Assembly (NCBI GenBank): GCA_963770565.1
Contig: CAVYQE010000001.1
Location: forward strand, 288,001 to 352,000
Direction: 5' to 3'
Origin: an uncultured Actinomycetota bacterium
GTDB lineage: Bacteria > Actinomycetota > Actinomycetes > JAFAQI01
DNA length: 64,000 bases
Shown: positions 1-12,491 of the stretch, in pieces
Position numbering within the stretch: position 1 is the first letter of the stretch
Layout: each line of letters opens with the position of its first letter
Notes under the pieces: generated by a model
Told to the model about the DNA's origin: nothing
Databases searched by the model: none
Seen by the model: the letters and a program-made list of their open reading frames with translations, nothing else
Position numbers and translations under genes: made by a program

Positions 1-680
1 ATAGCGGAGATAGGTCACTTCGCCGGCCTCGGCCAAACGTCGCTCGGCGCGGGCCACATTCTGTCGCCAGCGGGCTTTGCGGCCGGCCCAATACGCCTCC
101 CGGGATAGGAAGTCGCTGCAACGCCGCTCGGGGAAAGAGCGGCGGGCGCACGCGCGCATGCCTGAACGGCACGGAATTGCTCGGCGTCGCAGCTAGTTCG
201 ATTTGGGCCGCTTGGACCAGCGGCGCCGGCTTGGCGGAAAGGCCGGCGGCGCGGAGGGCTTGGCGCGTGCGGCCGGCGTCGATCCCGTCGGCATCGATCC
301 AGCGGAAGTCGGCAAGATCCCAGTCGCGCGTGCGTCGCGTTCAGATGTCGGAGCCCCGCCCAGAGCGTGGCCGTCGGATTCGGACCGATCGGGCCATAAA
401 AGGTTCCCCACCCGTCGAGCGGATAGGTCAACACGCGGATTGTCCCGAGCCGTGTTCGCTCGCGAATCACCGTGAGCGGCAGAATTCCGATCGGGCGATC
501 GTCCGCCGCGACGATCAGCACTCGCATCCGCTGCCGATCGCCATGGTGCCGCCAATAGGTTTCGAGCCACTCGAACGACTGAAAGAAGGTCGCCCCGCGC
601 GTCTGCGGCAGCAGGGCATTCCAGAGCAACCGGTAAGGGGCCAACTCCTCAAGGCAATGAATTTCGGTCACTCGAGTCAT
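1..680 (-). CDS. GNAT-family acetyltransferase (CelD/BcsL-like), frameshifted, probably running off the window edge
   Basis: N-terminus MTRVTEIHCLEELAPYRLLWNALL..TFFQSFEWLETYWRH..IGILPL is typical of Acetyltransf_6 proteins; the frame changes near 330 (alternate frame RDWDLADFRWID). Confidence 0.7.
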
Positions 681-1120
681 CGGCGGTCTCGGGCTGCTCC
701 GAGGAGGAATTCGCCGCTCGCTCGTTCGAGGCGGCGGCGGCGTGCGCTTGAGCTTCGTCGAAAAGATAACGCAAGCCGGCGTGGCAGGCTATCAACTGCA
801 AGTGGGATGCCCCTTTTGGAGGTTTTTTGTTGACTTTCGAAGGCAGAAGTTGTTTATTGTTAGCTGGCCGTGGTTTGCGGCACAAGCAGCGGCGGCCGGT
901 CGGGTTTTCCGGCCCGGCCGGTTGCGGCGAAAAGGCAACACGGTGTCGTTTGGGCAACGGCCCGGCAATGCGGGAGGCTGCGGAGTAGGCTTGCCAAGGA
1001 GAACTTCTCGGCGAGTCCACCGAAACATCCGGGGGCCTTGGGTGTTGAATATCGTAGCGGATTTCGCGAGAATTCCGTGATTCGGCCAGTTTGGGGGCAA
1101 TTCTCAGACGAGGAAGGGCC

Positions 1121-2931
1121 ATGATGTTGCGAACGATCCGCTGGGGCTTTCTGGGTTTCTCGGGCTTTCTGGGATCGGCGGCCGGTTTGGCATTGCTCTG
1201 CTGGCTCCCCACCGCGGCAAACGCCGCCGCAAATGCCGCAGTGAATGCCGCAGTGAATGCCCATCAAGCCGCGATCCGAACCGATCAATTGCTGGATACG
1301 GAGATGGCCGGCGCCGAATCGGCAAACACCGCGTCGGCAAACACGACCCCCCAGGGCACGACCCCCCCGGGCACCACATCGGCCAATGCTTCCTCGCCGA
1401 GCGCCGTAGCCGTTTCGAAATCGGCGCCGCAAGCCAATCGCCCCGCGAAGCTGGCCGATGACGAGACATTCCTCCGCCGCGCGTCGATGGACCTGATCGG
1501 CACGCCGCCGAGCCCGGCGAAATCACGCGGTTCGTGCTCGATCCATCCCCGAACAAGCGGGCCAAGCTGGTCGATCGCTTGCTGGCGAATCCGGAGTTCG
1601 GCGAAAACTGGGCCCGCTATTGGCGCGACGTGATCATGTATCGCCGGAGCGAAGATCGGGCCGTGTTGGCCGCGCCTGCCCTCACCCAGTATCTCGCCAA
1701 GGAGTTCAACAAGGACGTTCCTTGGGACAAGATCGCGCGGTCGTTCATCACGGCCACCGGCGATGTGCGCGAGAACGGCGCCACGGGGCTGATCGCGGCC
1801 CAATTCGGCGCAAGCTCCCGAGGTGACGGCCGAAGTGTCGCGAATTTTTCTGGGAATCGAGATTCAATGCGCCAATTGCCACGACCATCCCACCGACCGC
1901 TGGAAGCGCACGCAGTTTCACGAGTTGGCGGCCTTTTTTCCGCGACTGGCGATCAGGCGTGTCAAGAAGGGCAAGGGGGAAAGGCGTCGTTCGAGGTTCT
2001 CGGCAACGATCGGGCCCGGCGCGTCCGCCGGAAAAACGCCGCCGTGCCGCGCGGCGAGCCCGAGCATTACATGCCCGACCTGAAAAACCCGACGGCGAAG
2101 GGGACGCTCATGCAGCCGGTCTTCTTCCTCACCGGCCAGAAACTGCCCGAGGGAACCACCGACGCCGTGCGTCGCGCGACGATCGCCAAATGGATCACGT
2201 CCAAACAGGATGCCTGGTTCGCCAAGGCTTTCGTCAATCGGATCTGGGAGGAGTTGGTCGGCGAAGGCTTTTATGAGCCGGTCGACGACATGGGTCCCGA
2301 TCGCGATTGCACCGACCCCAAAACGCTCGACTATCTGGCCGCGCAATTCGCGGACCACGATTACGACGTCAAGTGGCTCTACCGCACGATCATGGCGACC
2401 GACGCCTATCAGCGCGAGAGCCGCTCGCGGCATTTGCCCGGCGAAACGGCGTTCGAAGCCAATTGCCCCCAACGCCTCCGCGGCGATGAATTGTTCACCT
2501 CGCTGATGTCGGCGATCGGCATTGCAAGACGAAAAACTGGCCGGCGCCGGCCGCAAAAAGGGCAAACGCTATCAACCGCGCAACGTGCGGGCCGTGTTCG
2601 ACGCCGTGTTCGGCTACGATCCGAGCGTCCGCCGCGACGACGTCACGGGATCGATTCCCCAAGCGCTGGTGCTGATGAATTCGCCGCTGTTGGCCAAGGC
2701 CATCGACGGGAAGCACAAATCGACCGCGCTGGGCGAGCTGCTCGCGACCACCAAGGACGACAAGGCGGTCGCCACCGAACTCTATCTCCGCTGCCTGGCC
2801 CGCGAGCCGAAGCCGACGAAATGAAGACCTGTTTCGATTACGTGCGGAAATCCAGCAAAAGCCGCGCCGAGGGCTTCGAGGATGTGCTCTGGGCGCTGGT
2901 GAACTCGACCGAGTTCTTGAATCGAAAATGA
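1121..2931 (+). CDS. DUF1549/DUF1553 domain protein, split by indels
   Basis: DDETFLRRASMDLIGTPP, FLGIEIQCANCHDHP, FAKAFVNRIW, SIPQALVLMN and EDVLWALVNSTEF motifs across successive frames; N-terminal signal peptide. Confidence 0.9.
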
Positions 2932-3069
2932 CAGAATCGAAAGTGAGCGGCGATCGGGGCCGTGCCGACATTATATCCAGTGGATTTCTCGATTCTCGAA
3001 ACCTTCCACGCTTGAATGTGAATTCCGGAGTTCGAAAACGTCCCGCCAATACTTACCCCCGGCCAGATC

Positions 3070-4412
3070 ATGAATCCCTCCCGCGATCCTTTCGCCCCCA
3101 ATCCCGCTTCGCTTCCCACCGCCTATCACCATTGCGTTCGTGTGGCGGTCGATCGTTCGCATGTGATCGGCCGGCGCGATTTCCTGCGGGGGATTTCGGC
3201 GCGCCGGATTGGCGGCCGGCGCCTTGAGTTGGACCGACCTGATGACGGCCCAAGCCGATCAACTGCGGAAACAGGGGAAGGCTTGCATTCTGCTGTGGAT
3301 GTCGGGCGGCCCGAGCCAGTTCGAGACGTTCAGCCCCAAGCCCGATCATCCCAATGGCGGCCCGACGAAAGCGATCGCGACGGCGGTGCCCGGCATCCAA
3401 ATCGCCGAGAATTTTCCGAAGATGGCAGCGGCGATGAACGACTTCGCCGTCATCCGCTCGATGACGAGCAAGGAGGGGAGCCATCCGCGCGGCACCTTCG
3501 TCATGCATACCGGCTATATCCCCAGCGCCAGCGTGAAGTATCCCAGCTTCGGCGCCGTGGTCGCCCACGAAATCGGCGATCCCAAGAGCGATCTGCCGTC
3601 GTTCGTTCGCGTCGGTGGGCGGGGGCGGGCCGGCACCAACGGCGGATTCCTCGGCGTGCAATACGATCCGTTCGACATCGCCAATCCGGCCAAACTGCCG
3701 ACCAATACGGTTCCGACCACCGGCGTCGATCGCTATCGCCGCCGCCTGTCGCTGTTGGGCAATCTCGAGCAGCGATTTCGCCGCCACGGCCCCCGAGGAA
3801 GTCGGCGATCATCGAAAGCAATACGCCAGCACGGCCAAAATGATCCTCAGCCCGCGGATGAAGGCCTTCGACCTCGCCCAAGAGCCCGACGCGATGCGCG
3901 ACGCCTACGGCCAGACGCAGTTCGGCAACAGTTGCCTGTTGGCCCGCCGCTTGATCGAGGCCGGCGTGACCTTTATCGAGATCGATCTGGGGGGCTGGGA
4001 CACCCACGCCGAGAATTTCCCCAGAACAAAGAAACTCGCCGGCGAACTCGATCAACCGTTCGCCCACTTGATCGCCGATCTCAAGCAACGCGGCCTGTTC
4101 GATTCGACCGTGATCATGTGGATGGGCGAATTCGGCCGCACTCCGAAGATCAACCCCCGCGCCGGCCGCGACCATTATCCGCGGGCTTTCAACACGCTCG
4201 TGGCGGGCGGCGGGCTGCGCGGCGGTCAGGTGATCGGCGCAACGGATAAATCCGGCTCGACCATCACCTCCGATCCGGTCACGATTCAGGATCTCTTTCA
4301 GACCGTTTGCCACAGCCTGAAGATCACCGCGGCCAAGGAAAACATGAGCCCCGTCGGCCGGCCGATCAAGGTCGTCGACGGCGGCAGCCCGGTGAAATCG
4401 TTGATCGGCTGA
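3070..4412 (+). CDS. DUF1501 domain protein, split by indels
   Basis: Tat-like RRDFL, CILLWMSGGPSQFETFSPKP, SCLLARRLIEAGVTF, GWDTH and GEFGRTPKIN..GRDH motifs; usual partner of the DUF1549 gene. Confidence 0.9.
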
Positions 4413-4630
4413 CGTAGAAATCCGGTCTGGTGACGCAGGGGTCGGCAAAAATCGCGCGGCGGATGTTCTCCGTCCGGCGCGGAGGGAATGGCGCCGGCGC
4501 CCTAGGCTGTGAAAAATACTCGATTTGTTGCGGCGCCGGGGTGGGGCGGTTGGGTTGGTTTTTGTTCCGCGCGCTGTGCGCTTCGGAATCAACTCGAGTC
4601 GTGGCCAAGCTGTCGGTCTCGCGTAGCCTC

Positions 4631-5053
4631 GGGCTAGGCTTCGCAGTTTGTGAGATGGGATCGTATCGACGTTGATGCTGTTTTTGTTCCGGGTTTTGGA
4701 AAGGACGGCAGGAGATCAAGGAACCCGGTAGGGTTCCCAGACATTAGCCGGTGGTTGAGGCCGTCAGGCCGATACCACCGGTCGTGAAATCGAATAATCC
4801 CTTTTGCACCCCGATAGGGGTGCCAGCGCTCTGCGACCCCTACCGGGGTCGAAGTAAGGTTTCGCGTTCCGATACCGGCGGTGTCGGCCTGCGGCCTCAA
4901 CCGCCGGCTAATGTCTGCCATCCCTATCGGGATGAATTCCATGCCACCTCAGAAGTCGGAATTGTGCGAGTACTCGGCGCAACAAAAACCGACCAAAACA
5001 CGAACTCGAATTCCAATTCGACCTGAAACGGTCACAAATTTCACAGCCTAGCC
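4631..5053. mobile_element. ~0.4-kb MITE-like dispersed element (copy 1)
   Basis: Highly similar to 39216-39620; imperfect terminal IR (ggctaggcttcgcagtttgtga ... tcacaaatttcacagcctagcc); internal REP-like hairpins (caccccgataggggtg). Confidence 0.7.
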
Positions 5054-5069
5054 CCGGCCCCCGCCTCAT

Positions 5070-5235
5070 ATGTAGCCTAGGCATTTATGCCTGGGACCGC
5101 GCCCTCCGTCCGGCGATTCCAGTCCCCTTCAAGGGACTTACCCATCGGGCCGGCTTTAGCCACTGCCGCGCCGGAGGTGCTCGACTCTCCTCGACAAACG
5201 GACGAAGGCTGAAGCCGCCGAAGCGAACCCCGCTA
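5070..5235. repeat. Dispersed palindromic repeat; inverted copy at 61075-61278
   Basis: ggcatttatgcctgggaccgcgccc...ggctttagcc...ctcctcgacaaacggac matches the reverse complement of ~61130-61270; 4502-4575 also matches the reverse complement of ~61358-61430. Confidence 0.75.
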
Positions 5236-5588
5236 AAGACTGCCGCGTTTTCCTCGATCCGCGAAAATCCGCGAAATCCGCGGCAAAAGAGCCTGTTTTT
5301 TGCCGCGGATTCTCGCGGATTTTCGAAATCGGCAATTCGAACAGCCGAACGACGCCAACTCGACGACCTTTTCCGACTCCCGAGAAGGGTGCCGTCGTTC
5401 TTTCCCTGCCGAATCTCCCCGCATAAATGCCGCGGCTACTTGAAAAAGCCGGCGGCAAATTTCGGTCTGTCGAAACAGCATCGCTCGACCACGCCGCGCG
5501 TGCGAGCGGAAGAAATCGAGGATAAACTTTCGAACACTCGCCGGGCTGATTTTTGACGCCCCGCCCGCGAGTTCATTCGTCGGGATAC

Positions 5589-6113
5589 TCATTCGTCGGA
5601 ATACTGGGGCGGGCTTTTTCCGACGCGCTTCGTGACCTTGGGAAACTTGCCCTTGGGCACCTTGTCGGCGATGGCGACGACATCGATCTGATGCCACCAA
5701 TCGTCGCCGAAGTCGAACCAATAACCGAAAGCGCGATCGACCGTCAGGCCGAGCGACTCGAGCGTCGTTCGATCGACATAGCCGGCAGCCTCCTTGTTTC
5801 CCCCCGGCCCCGACAATATGTCGTCATCCGGCATAACGTACCGCTGGCCGGCCGGGTCCATCGGCCCCTTGCCGAATTGAAACTCATACATATGCTCGTC
5901 CCAGCGATCGAAGGCTGTGAAGATCGCGTCGTGCAAATCGAGCAGCGTTTGGTCGCCGCGAATCTGGATTGTGCGGGAGATGACCGGATTCTTCTCGGCA
6001 AACCGTTCGTCGATCGGGCCGGCGATGACCGCCACGTCGAGGGTGTAAAGCCGGGCGGTGGCCGGTGTCGTTTTTGCGACGAGCGTGGCCGATGCCTTCT
6101 TCTTCCGCGCCAT
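5589..6113 (-). CDS. Plasmid pRiA4b ORF-3 / IS1096 passenger TnpR family protein
   Basis: SRTIQIRGDQTLLDLHDAIFTAFDRWDEHMYEF and FGYWFDFGDDWWHQI motifs. Confidence 0.85.
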   Translation of the reverse strand: MARKKKASATLVAKTTPATARLYTLDVAVIAGPIDERFAEKNPVISRTIQIRGDQTLLDLHDAIFTAFDRWDEHMYEFQFGKGPMDPAGQRYVMPDDDILSGPGGNKEAAGYVDRTTLESLGLTVDRAFGYWFDFGDDWWHQIDVVAIADKVPKGKFPKVTKRVGKSPPQYSDE

Positions 6114-6261
6114 CGCTGGTCCTTTCTGTTTTGTGTCGATCGACCTGGCGTTTTTCGGAACCTGCGCCGCACGGCCAGCTTAACAAATCGGCGGAAATCG
6201 GTGAAGTCGATTTTGTCGCCGCATTGCCGCATGTTGGCGGATCGAACCGGACGGGGCACTG

Positions 6262-6387
6262 GATCGTGCCACTGCCAGCCAACCGCCGCGGTTGTCGATG
6301 CGGCAAGCGTCGGCCTGTTCGGCGGTTGGCAAGCCGTGCGGCGCTCCGGTTGCCGCGAGCACTGCTTGGCGGCGGCCGCCGTGATTC
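6262..6387. repeat. ~125-bp direct repeat, copy 1 (copy 2 at 7236-7360)
   Basis: atcgtgccactg..gccaaccgccgcggttgtcg...gcgagcactgcttggcggc..gccgtgat is present on both sides of the Zn peptidase gene. Confidence 0.8.
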
Positions 6388-6515
6388 CCCGCGAGTCTTG
6401 GCCCAGGGGAGTGGCCGCCAAGCCGTGGCACGATTCATGGGGAGCCAAAAACGAGCCGCGCGCGTATAATCCAGGCGTCGCCGAGTTTCCATCGAGAGAA
6501 TCGAGGTCGATTACG

Positions 6516-7211
6516 ATGCCATCTCTGTTTTGGTGGGATTTGCGGTTGCTGCTGTGGATTTCGCCGGCCCTGATTCTGGGCCTGTGGGCGCAGTGGCGGA
6601 TCAGCATGACGTATAACGCGGCCCAGCGGCAGCCGGCCCCGTTGAGCGGCGCGGCCGCAGCGCGGCACATTCTCGATTCGGCCGGACTGCAAGATGTCGC
6701 GATCGAGGAAGTGCCGGGCCATCTGACGGATCATTACGACCCCACCCAGCGCGTGCTGCGGCTCAGCAGCGACGTCTATCGCAGCCAGACGTTGGCCGCG
6801 GTCGGAATCGCCGCGCACGAATCGGGGCACGCCCTGCAACATGCCCAGCAATACGCTCTGATGGGCATTCGCAACGCCGCCGTGCCGGTGGCCAGTTTCG
6901 GCAGCGGGGCGGGAATGCTGCTGCTGATTCTGGGAATGGTGCTGAATTTCAAGATGCTGTTTCTGCTCGGCGTCGTGGCCTTTGCCGGCGTGGTCTTCTT
7001 TCAAGTCGTCAATCTACCGGTCGAATACGACGCCAGCCATCGGGCCAAGCTCCAATTGGTCGAATTGGGAATCGTGCCGCAGGCGGAAATGGTCTACGTC
7101 AACCGCGTGCTCAACGCGGCGGCCCTGACCTACGTCGCCGCCACGCTCCAATCGATCCTGACGCTGCTCTACTATCTGTCGATGCTCTCGGGCAGCGATC
7201 GACGAAGCTGA
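6516..7211 (+). CDS. Putative neutral zinc metallopeptidase (YugP/Zn_peptidase_2 family), membrane protein
   Basis: [24 protein letters not shown] (HExxH), [11 protein letters not shown] and [12 protein letters not shown] motifs. Confidence 0.92.
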   Translation: MPSLFWWDLRLLLWISPALILGLWAQWRISMTYNAAQRQPAPLSGAAAARHILDSAGLQDVAIEEVPGHLTDHYDPTQRVLRLSSDVYRSQTLAAVGIAAHESGHALQHAQQYALMGIRNAAVPVASFGSGAGMLLLILGMVLNFKMLFLLGVVAFAGVVFFQVVNLPVEYDASHRAKLQLVELGIVPQAEMVYVNRVLNAAALTYVAATLQSILTLLYYLSMLSGSDRRS

Positions 7212-7235
7212 ACGGCGCTGCTGCCCGGGCGCCGA

Positions 7236-7360
7236 ATCGTGCCACTGCGAGCCAACCGCCGCGGTTGTCGGTGCGCCAAGCGTCGGCCTGGTCGGCGGTT
7301 GGCAAGCAGTGCGGCGCACCGGTTGCCGCGAGCACTGCTTGGCGGCTGCCGCCGTGATCT
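7236..7360. repeat. ~125-bp direct repeat, copy 2
   Basis: Near-identical to 6262-6387. Confidence 0.8.
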
Positions 7361-7631
7361 CTCGTGGTGCTTGGTCACCGGTGGCAGCCGCCAAGCAGTA
7401 GCACGATCGGGCGTGTTGATCGTTCTCGGGTTTCCGCGGTGTCGCCAAGAAGTCTTGCCACACCCTCCGGAATCTCCGAAATCCGGCGGGTTGACCGGGC
7501 GTTGCGGGGGATTTAGAGTGTAGGTTTGCCCGGTGCGTTGGCCGGGGCGGATGGCCGATGCGGTCTCGAAAGGCCGGCCATTTGCCTTCCCGGCGGCGCG
7601 GGTGGTCGTGAAATTCCCGGTGGTCGTGGAC

Positions 7632-8428
<797 letters not shown>

Positions 8429-8534
8429 GCGGCCCGGCAGGTCGCCTGCAAAGGAAGGCGGCAGACCGACAGGACATGTGTTTTCGCCGTGCTCGACTCC
8501 AGGGGTTGCGCCGGCATAGCTCATCCGATACGCC

Positions 8535-9707
8535 ATGAATCCTCATACCTCCAACACCGACGACAGCGCAACCGAGTTAACCGAAGACCGCTTCCTGTTG
8601 CAGCGTCAGGAATTGGAAATCGACAAATTGTTTCGCGCGCTGGTCAAGCTCGAAGGGAGCGATCTGCATCTCAAGGTCAGCCGGCCCCCTTATGTCCGCG
8701 TGCATGGCACCTTGCGGCCGATGAATCGCGGCCCGCTGGACGACGCCGAGGCCGTGCGGCTGATCATGCCGATGTTCAATGCTTATCGCCGCAAGATTCT
8801 CGACGAGACCGGCGGCGCCGATTTCGCCTATGTCGTCGACGTCGACGGCGAGCCGTGGCGATTCCGCGTGAACGTTTTGCAGCAGCAGGGCCATTTGGGC
8901 ATGGTCGCCCGCCGCGTGAGCCGATTCATTCCCGATTTCGCCAAGCTGAATCTCCCGCCGGTCATCGAGAAACTGTGCAAATTCGATCAGGGGATGGTCT
9001 TGTTGGCCGGGGTGACCGGGTCGGGCAAATCGACGACGATCGCCTCGATGCTCGACTTCATCAACCACAACTACCGCAAGCACATCCTGACGCTCGAAGA
9101 CCCGATCGAATTCACCTTCACCGAAGACAAATGCCTGATCAATCAGCGCGAGATCGGCATCGACGTGGTGGATTTCGAGTTGGGGATGAAGCACGCCGTC
9201 CGCGAGGATCCCGACGTGATGCTGGTCGGCGAAATGCGCGATCGCACCTCGTTTCACACGGCGATTCAGGCGGCCGAGACGGGGCATCTCGTGTTCGGCA
9301 CGATCCATGCCTCGACCGCCCCCTCGACGATCGGCCGTATTCTCAATCTGTTTCCGCAGGAGATGCATGCCGAATTGCGCAGCGCCATCGCCCAGAACAT
9401 GAAAGCGATCATCGCGCAAAAGCTGCTCCCTTCGATCAAGCCGGGGGTCGGGCGGGTGCCGACCGCCGAGATCATGATCTTCAATCCCACCGTGCGCAAG
9501 CTGATCCTCGAAGGCCGTGACGAAAAACTCGGCGATTTGATCCGGATGTCGATCAAGGAGGATATGCAAGATTTCACACACAGCTTGAAGAGTCTCGTCG
9601 ATCGGGAGTTGATCGACCGCGCGGTTGCGCTGGAGGTGGCGCCCAACGTGGAAGCGCTGAAGATGGCGCTCAAAGGCATCGACGTCTCGCAACCTGGAAT
9701 CCTTTGA
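8535..9707 (+). CDS. pilT: PilT/PilU family type IV pilus ATPase
   Basis: SDLHL, Walker [35 protein letters not shown] and [13 protein letters not shown]. Confidence 0.88.
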   Translation: MNPHTSNTDDSATELTEDRFLLQRQELEIDKLFRALVKLEGSDLHLKVSRPPYVRVHGTLRPMNRGPLDDAEAVRLIMPMFNAYRRKILDETGGADFAYVVDVDGEPWRFRVNVLQQQGHLGMVARRVSRFIPDFAKLNLPPVIEKLCKFDQGMVLLAGVTGSGKSTTIASMLDFINHNYRKHILTLEDPIEFTFTEDKCLINQREIGIDVVDFELGMKHAVREDPDVMLVGEMRDRTSFHTAIQAAETGHLVFGTIHASTAPSTIGRILNLFPQEMHAELRSAIAQNMKAIIAQKLLPSIKPGVGRVPTAEIMIFNPTVRKLILEGRDEKLGDLIRMSIKEDMQDFTHSLKSLVDRELIDRAVALEVAPNVEALKMALKGIDVSQPGIL

Positions 9708-11500
9708 TGGCTCGCATTCGGAAGGCGTTTCTCGCCGCGGCGGTCCGGCTGACGACCGCGGGGGCCGTGGCCCTGTTGTTGCTGGCCGACGTGCAATCCG
9801 CGTGGGCCGATTCGACCGGCCCGTGGCCCAATATGGACGCCCCCTTTCACCGCGGGCCCGGCGGCTATCTCAGCATCACCAAGATCGTCCTCTGCTGGCT
9901 CTTGTTTCTGCTGTGGGTCAAGACGACCGATTTCGTCAGCCAGGATTGCCAGCGGATGCGGCTGAGCTACGTGCTCTGGAACTCGGTCGTGTTCTTCAGC
10001 TTCGTCGGGGCCTTTCTCTTGCTGTGGATGATTCCGCTGTTCGGGATCGGGTTTCTCCTGCTGCTGGTGGCCTATGCCGCGCCGTTGACGACGTACGTCA
10101 TGTTTCGCAACGCGACGGTCACCGCCGACAAGAAAATCCTCACCGCCGAGCATCTCAAGCATCTCTACGAAACCCGCATCAAGCAATTCGGCGTCAAGGT
10201 CGATCCGGAAAAGAAAAAGGCCAAGAAGGAAGGCCCCCCCGTCGCCTTCACCGGCCAAGGGGGCAAAACCGACCGCGAGAACACCGCCAATGCCCTGCTC
10301 GCCAAGCAGTCGCCCGGCTGGCCCGTCGCCCGCGAATTGATCGCCGACGCCATGAACCATCGGGCCGATGGCGTGATGCTCGACTACACCGAAACGGCCG
10401 TCGGCGTCCGCTATCAGATCGACGGCGTGTGGCACAATTTCGATCCTCGCGATCGGGCCTCGGGCGACGTGATGCTGGCCGTCTTCAAGACGGTGGCGGC
10501 GCTCAACGCCAACGAGCGGCGGGCGAAGCAAGACGGCGCGTTCGGCGTCGAGTTCAAGGGGGTCAAGCGGAATTGCCGCTTCGCCAGTCAAGGCGTGCAA
10601 ACCGGCGAGCGGGTGCTCATCCAGATGAGCGATCCGGTCGATCGGATGTGGACCTTCGAGGAACTCGGGATGCGGGGCAAGCTCGAGGAGCAATTACGCG
10701 AGGCGCTGGGCCGCCCTCAGGGGTTCGTACTGTTCTCGGCGTTGCCCGCCGGCGGATTGACTGCGACCCTCGATACGGCGGTCCGCTCGATCGATCGGTT
10801 CATGCGCGACGTGGCGGCGGTCGAAGACGCGGCCCACCACGAGCATGAGATTCAGAACGTTCAGGTGAGCGCTTTCGACGGCGCCGCCGGCGAAACGGCG
10901 CTGGCCTGCCTGACCAAGGCGGTGCGCAGCTATCCCAATGTGATCGTGCTCCGCGACCTGCCCGACGCCGACACCGTCGATTTCCTCTGCGATCAGGTCA
11001 AATCCGAGCGGCTGGTGATCGGCGGCATCCGGGCCAAGGAGAGCGCCGAGGCCTTGCTGCGGGTGCTGATGCTGAAGGTTCCGGCGAAGACCTTCGCCCC
11101 GGCCGTGACGGCGGTCGTGAATCAGCGGATGATTCGCAAGCTCTGCGAGAAGTGCAAGGAGGCCTACAATCCGCCGGCCGAGACGCTCAAGCAGCTTGGC
11201 GTGCCGGCGGGTCGGGTGCAGGCGCTGTATCGGCTGCCGTCGCCGCCGCCGCCGGGCGAAAAAGCGCCGCCCCCCTGCGACGAGTGCGGCGGCATGGGCT
11301 ACAAAGGGCGGACCGCCATTTTCGAATTGCTGATCGTCAACGACGCGCTGCGGCAAGTGCTTCGGACGACGCCCAAGCTCGATCTCGTTCGTGCCGCCGC
11401 CCGCAAGGCCGGGATGAAGACGATTCAAGAAGAAGGGATCGTGCTGGTGGTGAAAGGGACGACGTCGCTGCAAGAGTTGATGCGGGTGTTGAAGGGGTAG
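9707..11500 (+). CDS. GspE/PilB-like ATPase with N-terminal transmembrane segments and degenerate Walker motifs
   Basis: VRYQIDGV, QDGAF, NQRMIRKLCEKC, CDECGGMGYKGRTAIFELL and GTTSLQELMRV; Walker A appears as ALPAGGLTAT. Confidence 0.8.
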   Translation: MARIRKAFLAAAVRLTTAGAVALLLLADVQSAWADSTGPWPNMDAPFHRGPGGYLSITKIVLCWLLFLLWVKTTDFVSQDCQRMRLSYVLWNSVVFFSFVGAFLLLWMIPLFGIGFLLLLVAYAAPLTTYVMFRNATVTADKKILTAEHLKHLYETRIKQFGVKVDPEKKKAKKEGPPVAFTGQGGKTDRENTANALLAKQSPGWPVARELIADAMNHRADGVMLDYTETAVGVRYQIDGVWHNFDPRDRASGDVMLAVFKTVAALNANERRAKQDGAFGVEFKGVKRNCRFASQGVQTGERVLIQMSDPVDRMWTFEELGMRGKLEEQLREALGRPQGFVLFSALPAGGLTATLDTAVRSIDRFMRDVAAVEDAAHHEHEIQNVQVSAFDGAAGETALACLTKAVRSYPNVIVLRDLPDADTVDFLCDQVKSERLVIGGIRAKESAEALLRVLMLKVPAKTFAPAVTAVVNQRMIRKLCEKCKEAYNPPAETLKQLGVPAGRVQALYRLPSPPPPGEKAPPPCDECGGMGYKGRTAIFELLIVNDALRQVLRTTPKLDLVRAAARKAGMKTIQEEGIVLVVKGTTSLQELMRVLKG

Positions 11501-11619
11501 CGCGTCGGGAAGACGCCGCGGAGGAGGAAGAGTAGGATCAGGATCGGGAAGCGGATTGGGATCAAGAGGTGCGCTGCGCGGGAGCACTGCGTTTGGGGAA
11601 GGGCCAAGCGAGGTTTGTC

Positions 11620-12256
11620 ATGTATGTCGATTTGGTTTTGTTGGTGGTCTTTTTCGCCGTGGTGGCGATGTTGGTTCGCGAGGGGTTGTGGAGCAATGCC
11701 ATCTCGTTTTTCAACGTGATGACCGCGGCGATGCTGGCCTCGAACTATTTCGAGACGCTGGCCGATTGGCTCACCAAGAAATTCCCGTCTTACACCTATT
11801 TGCTCGATTTTCTCTCGCTGTGGGCGATCTTTTGCGCCGTGCTCATCGTATTGCGCTTGTTGACCGACAGGATTTCCCGCGTCAAAGTGCGGTTCAAGAT
11901 GCCGGTGGAATGGGCGGGAGGGATCTTTTTCGCGCTGTGGGTCGGCTGGATCATGGTCTGCTTCACGACATTCTCGCTGCACACCGCCCCGCTGGCCCGC
12001 AACAGCTTCGGGGGTGATTTTCAACCGACGCCGACGAGCGACATGTTTTTCGGCTTGGCCCCCGATCGGCAATGGCTCGCCTGGATGCATACGATGTCGC
12101 TGGACGGCGCGGCTCGCCCGCGGCCGCCCCGAGGGAAACAAAACCCTGAACGTGTTCGATCCCCATGCCGATTTCATCCTCCGCTACGCGGCCCGCCGCA
12201 AGGCCTTCGAAGATGCCAGCTCGCTGCGCGTCAGGCCGGGCGAAACAAAATACTGA
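11620..12256 (+). CDS. CvpA-like membrane protein, 3' frameshift
   Basis: Four hydrophobic segments; REGLWSNAISFFNVMTAAMLA pattern. Confidence 0.55.
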
Positions 12257-12267
12257 GTCGAACACGA

Positions 12268-12420
12268 GGGTCCTGTCCAAGAACCGGCCGCGGCGAGGCA
12301 ATGCTCGCCGCGAAAGGGGTCGGGAGTCGATTTCGCCCGCTGAACGACCCTCAGTGCCAACCGGCATCATGGCGAAATCGACTCCCGACCCTCTTTGGCA
12401 ACGGCGGCCGGAAGCCACCG
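12268..12420. mobile_element. MITE family copy (same family as 25043-25219), partial
   Basis: cctgtccaagaaccggc end plus internal IR ggggtcgggagtcgatttcgcc...ggcgaaatcgactcccgaccc. Confidence 0.7.
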
Positions 12421-12491
12421 CTACGCCCGCGCTGGCAATCGACTCGTCGCCCGATCGGATCGAAAAAACCTGTGATGGTCTGTAGGCCCTT

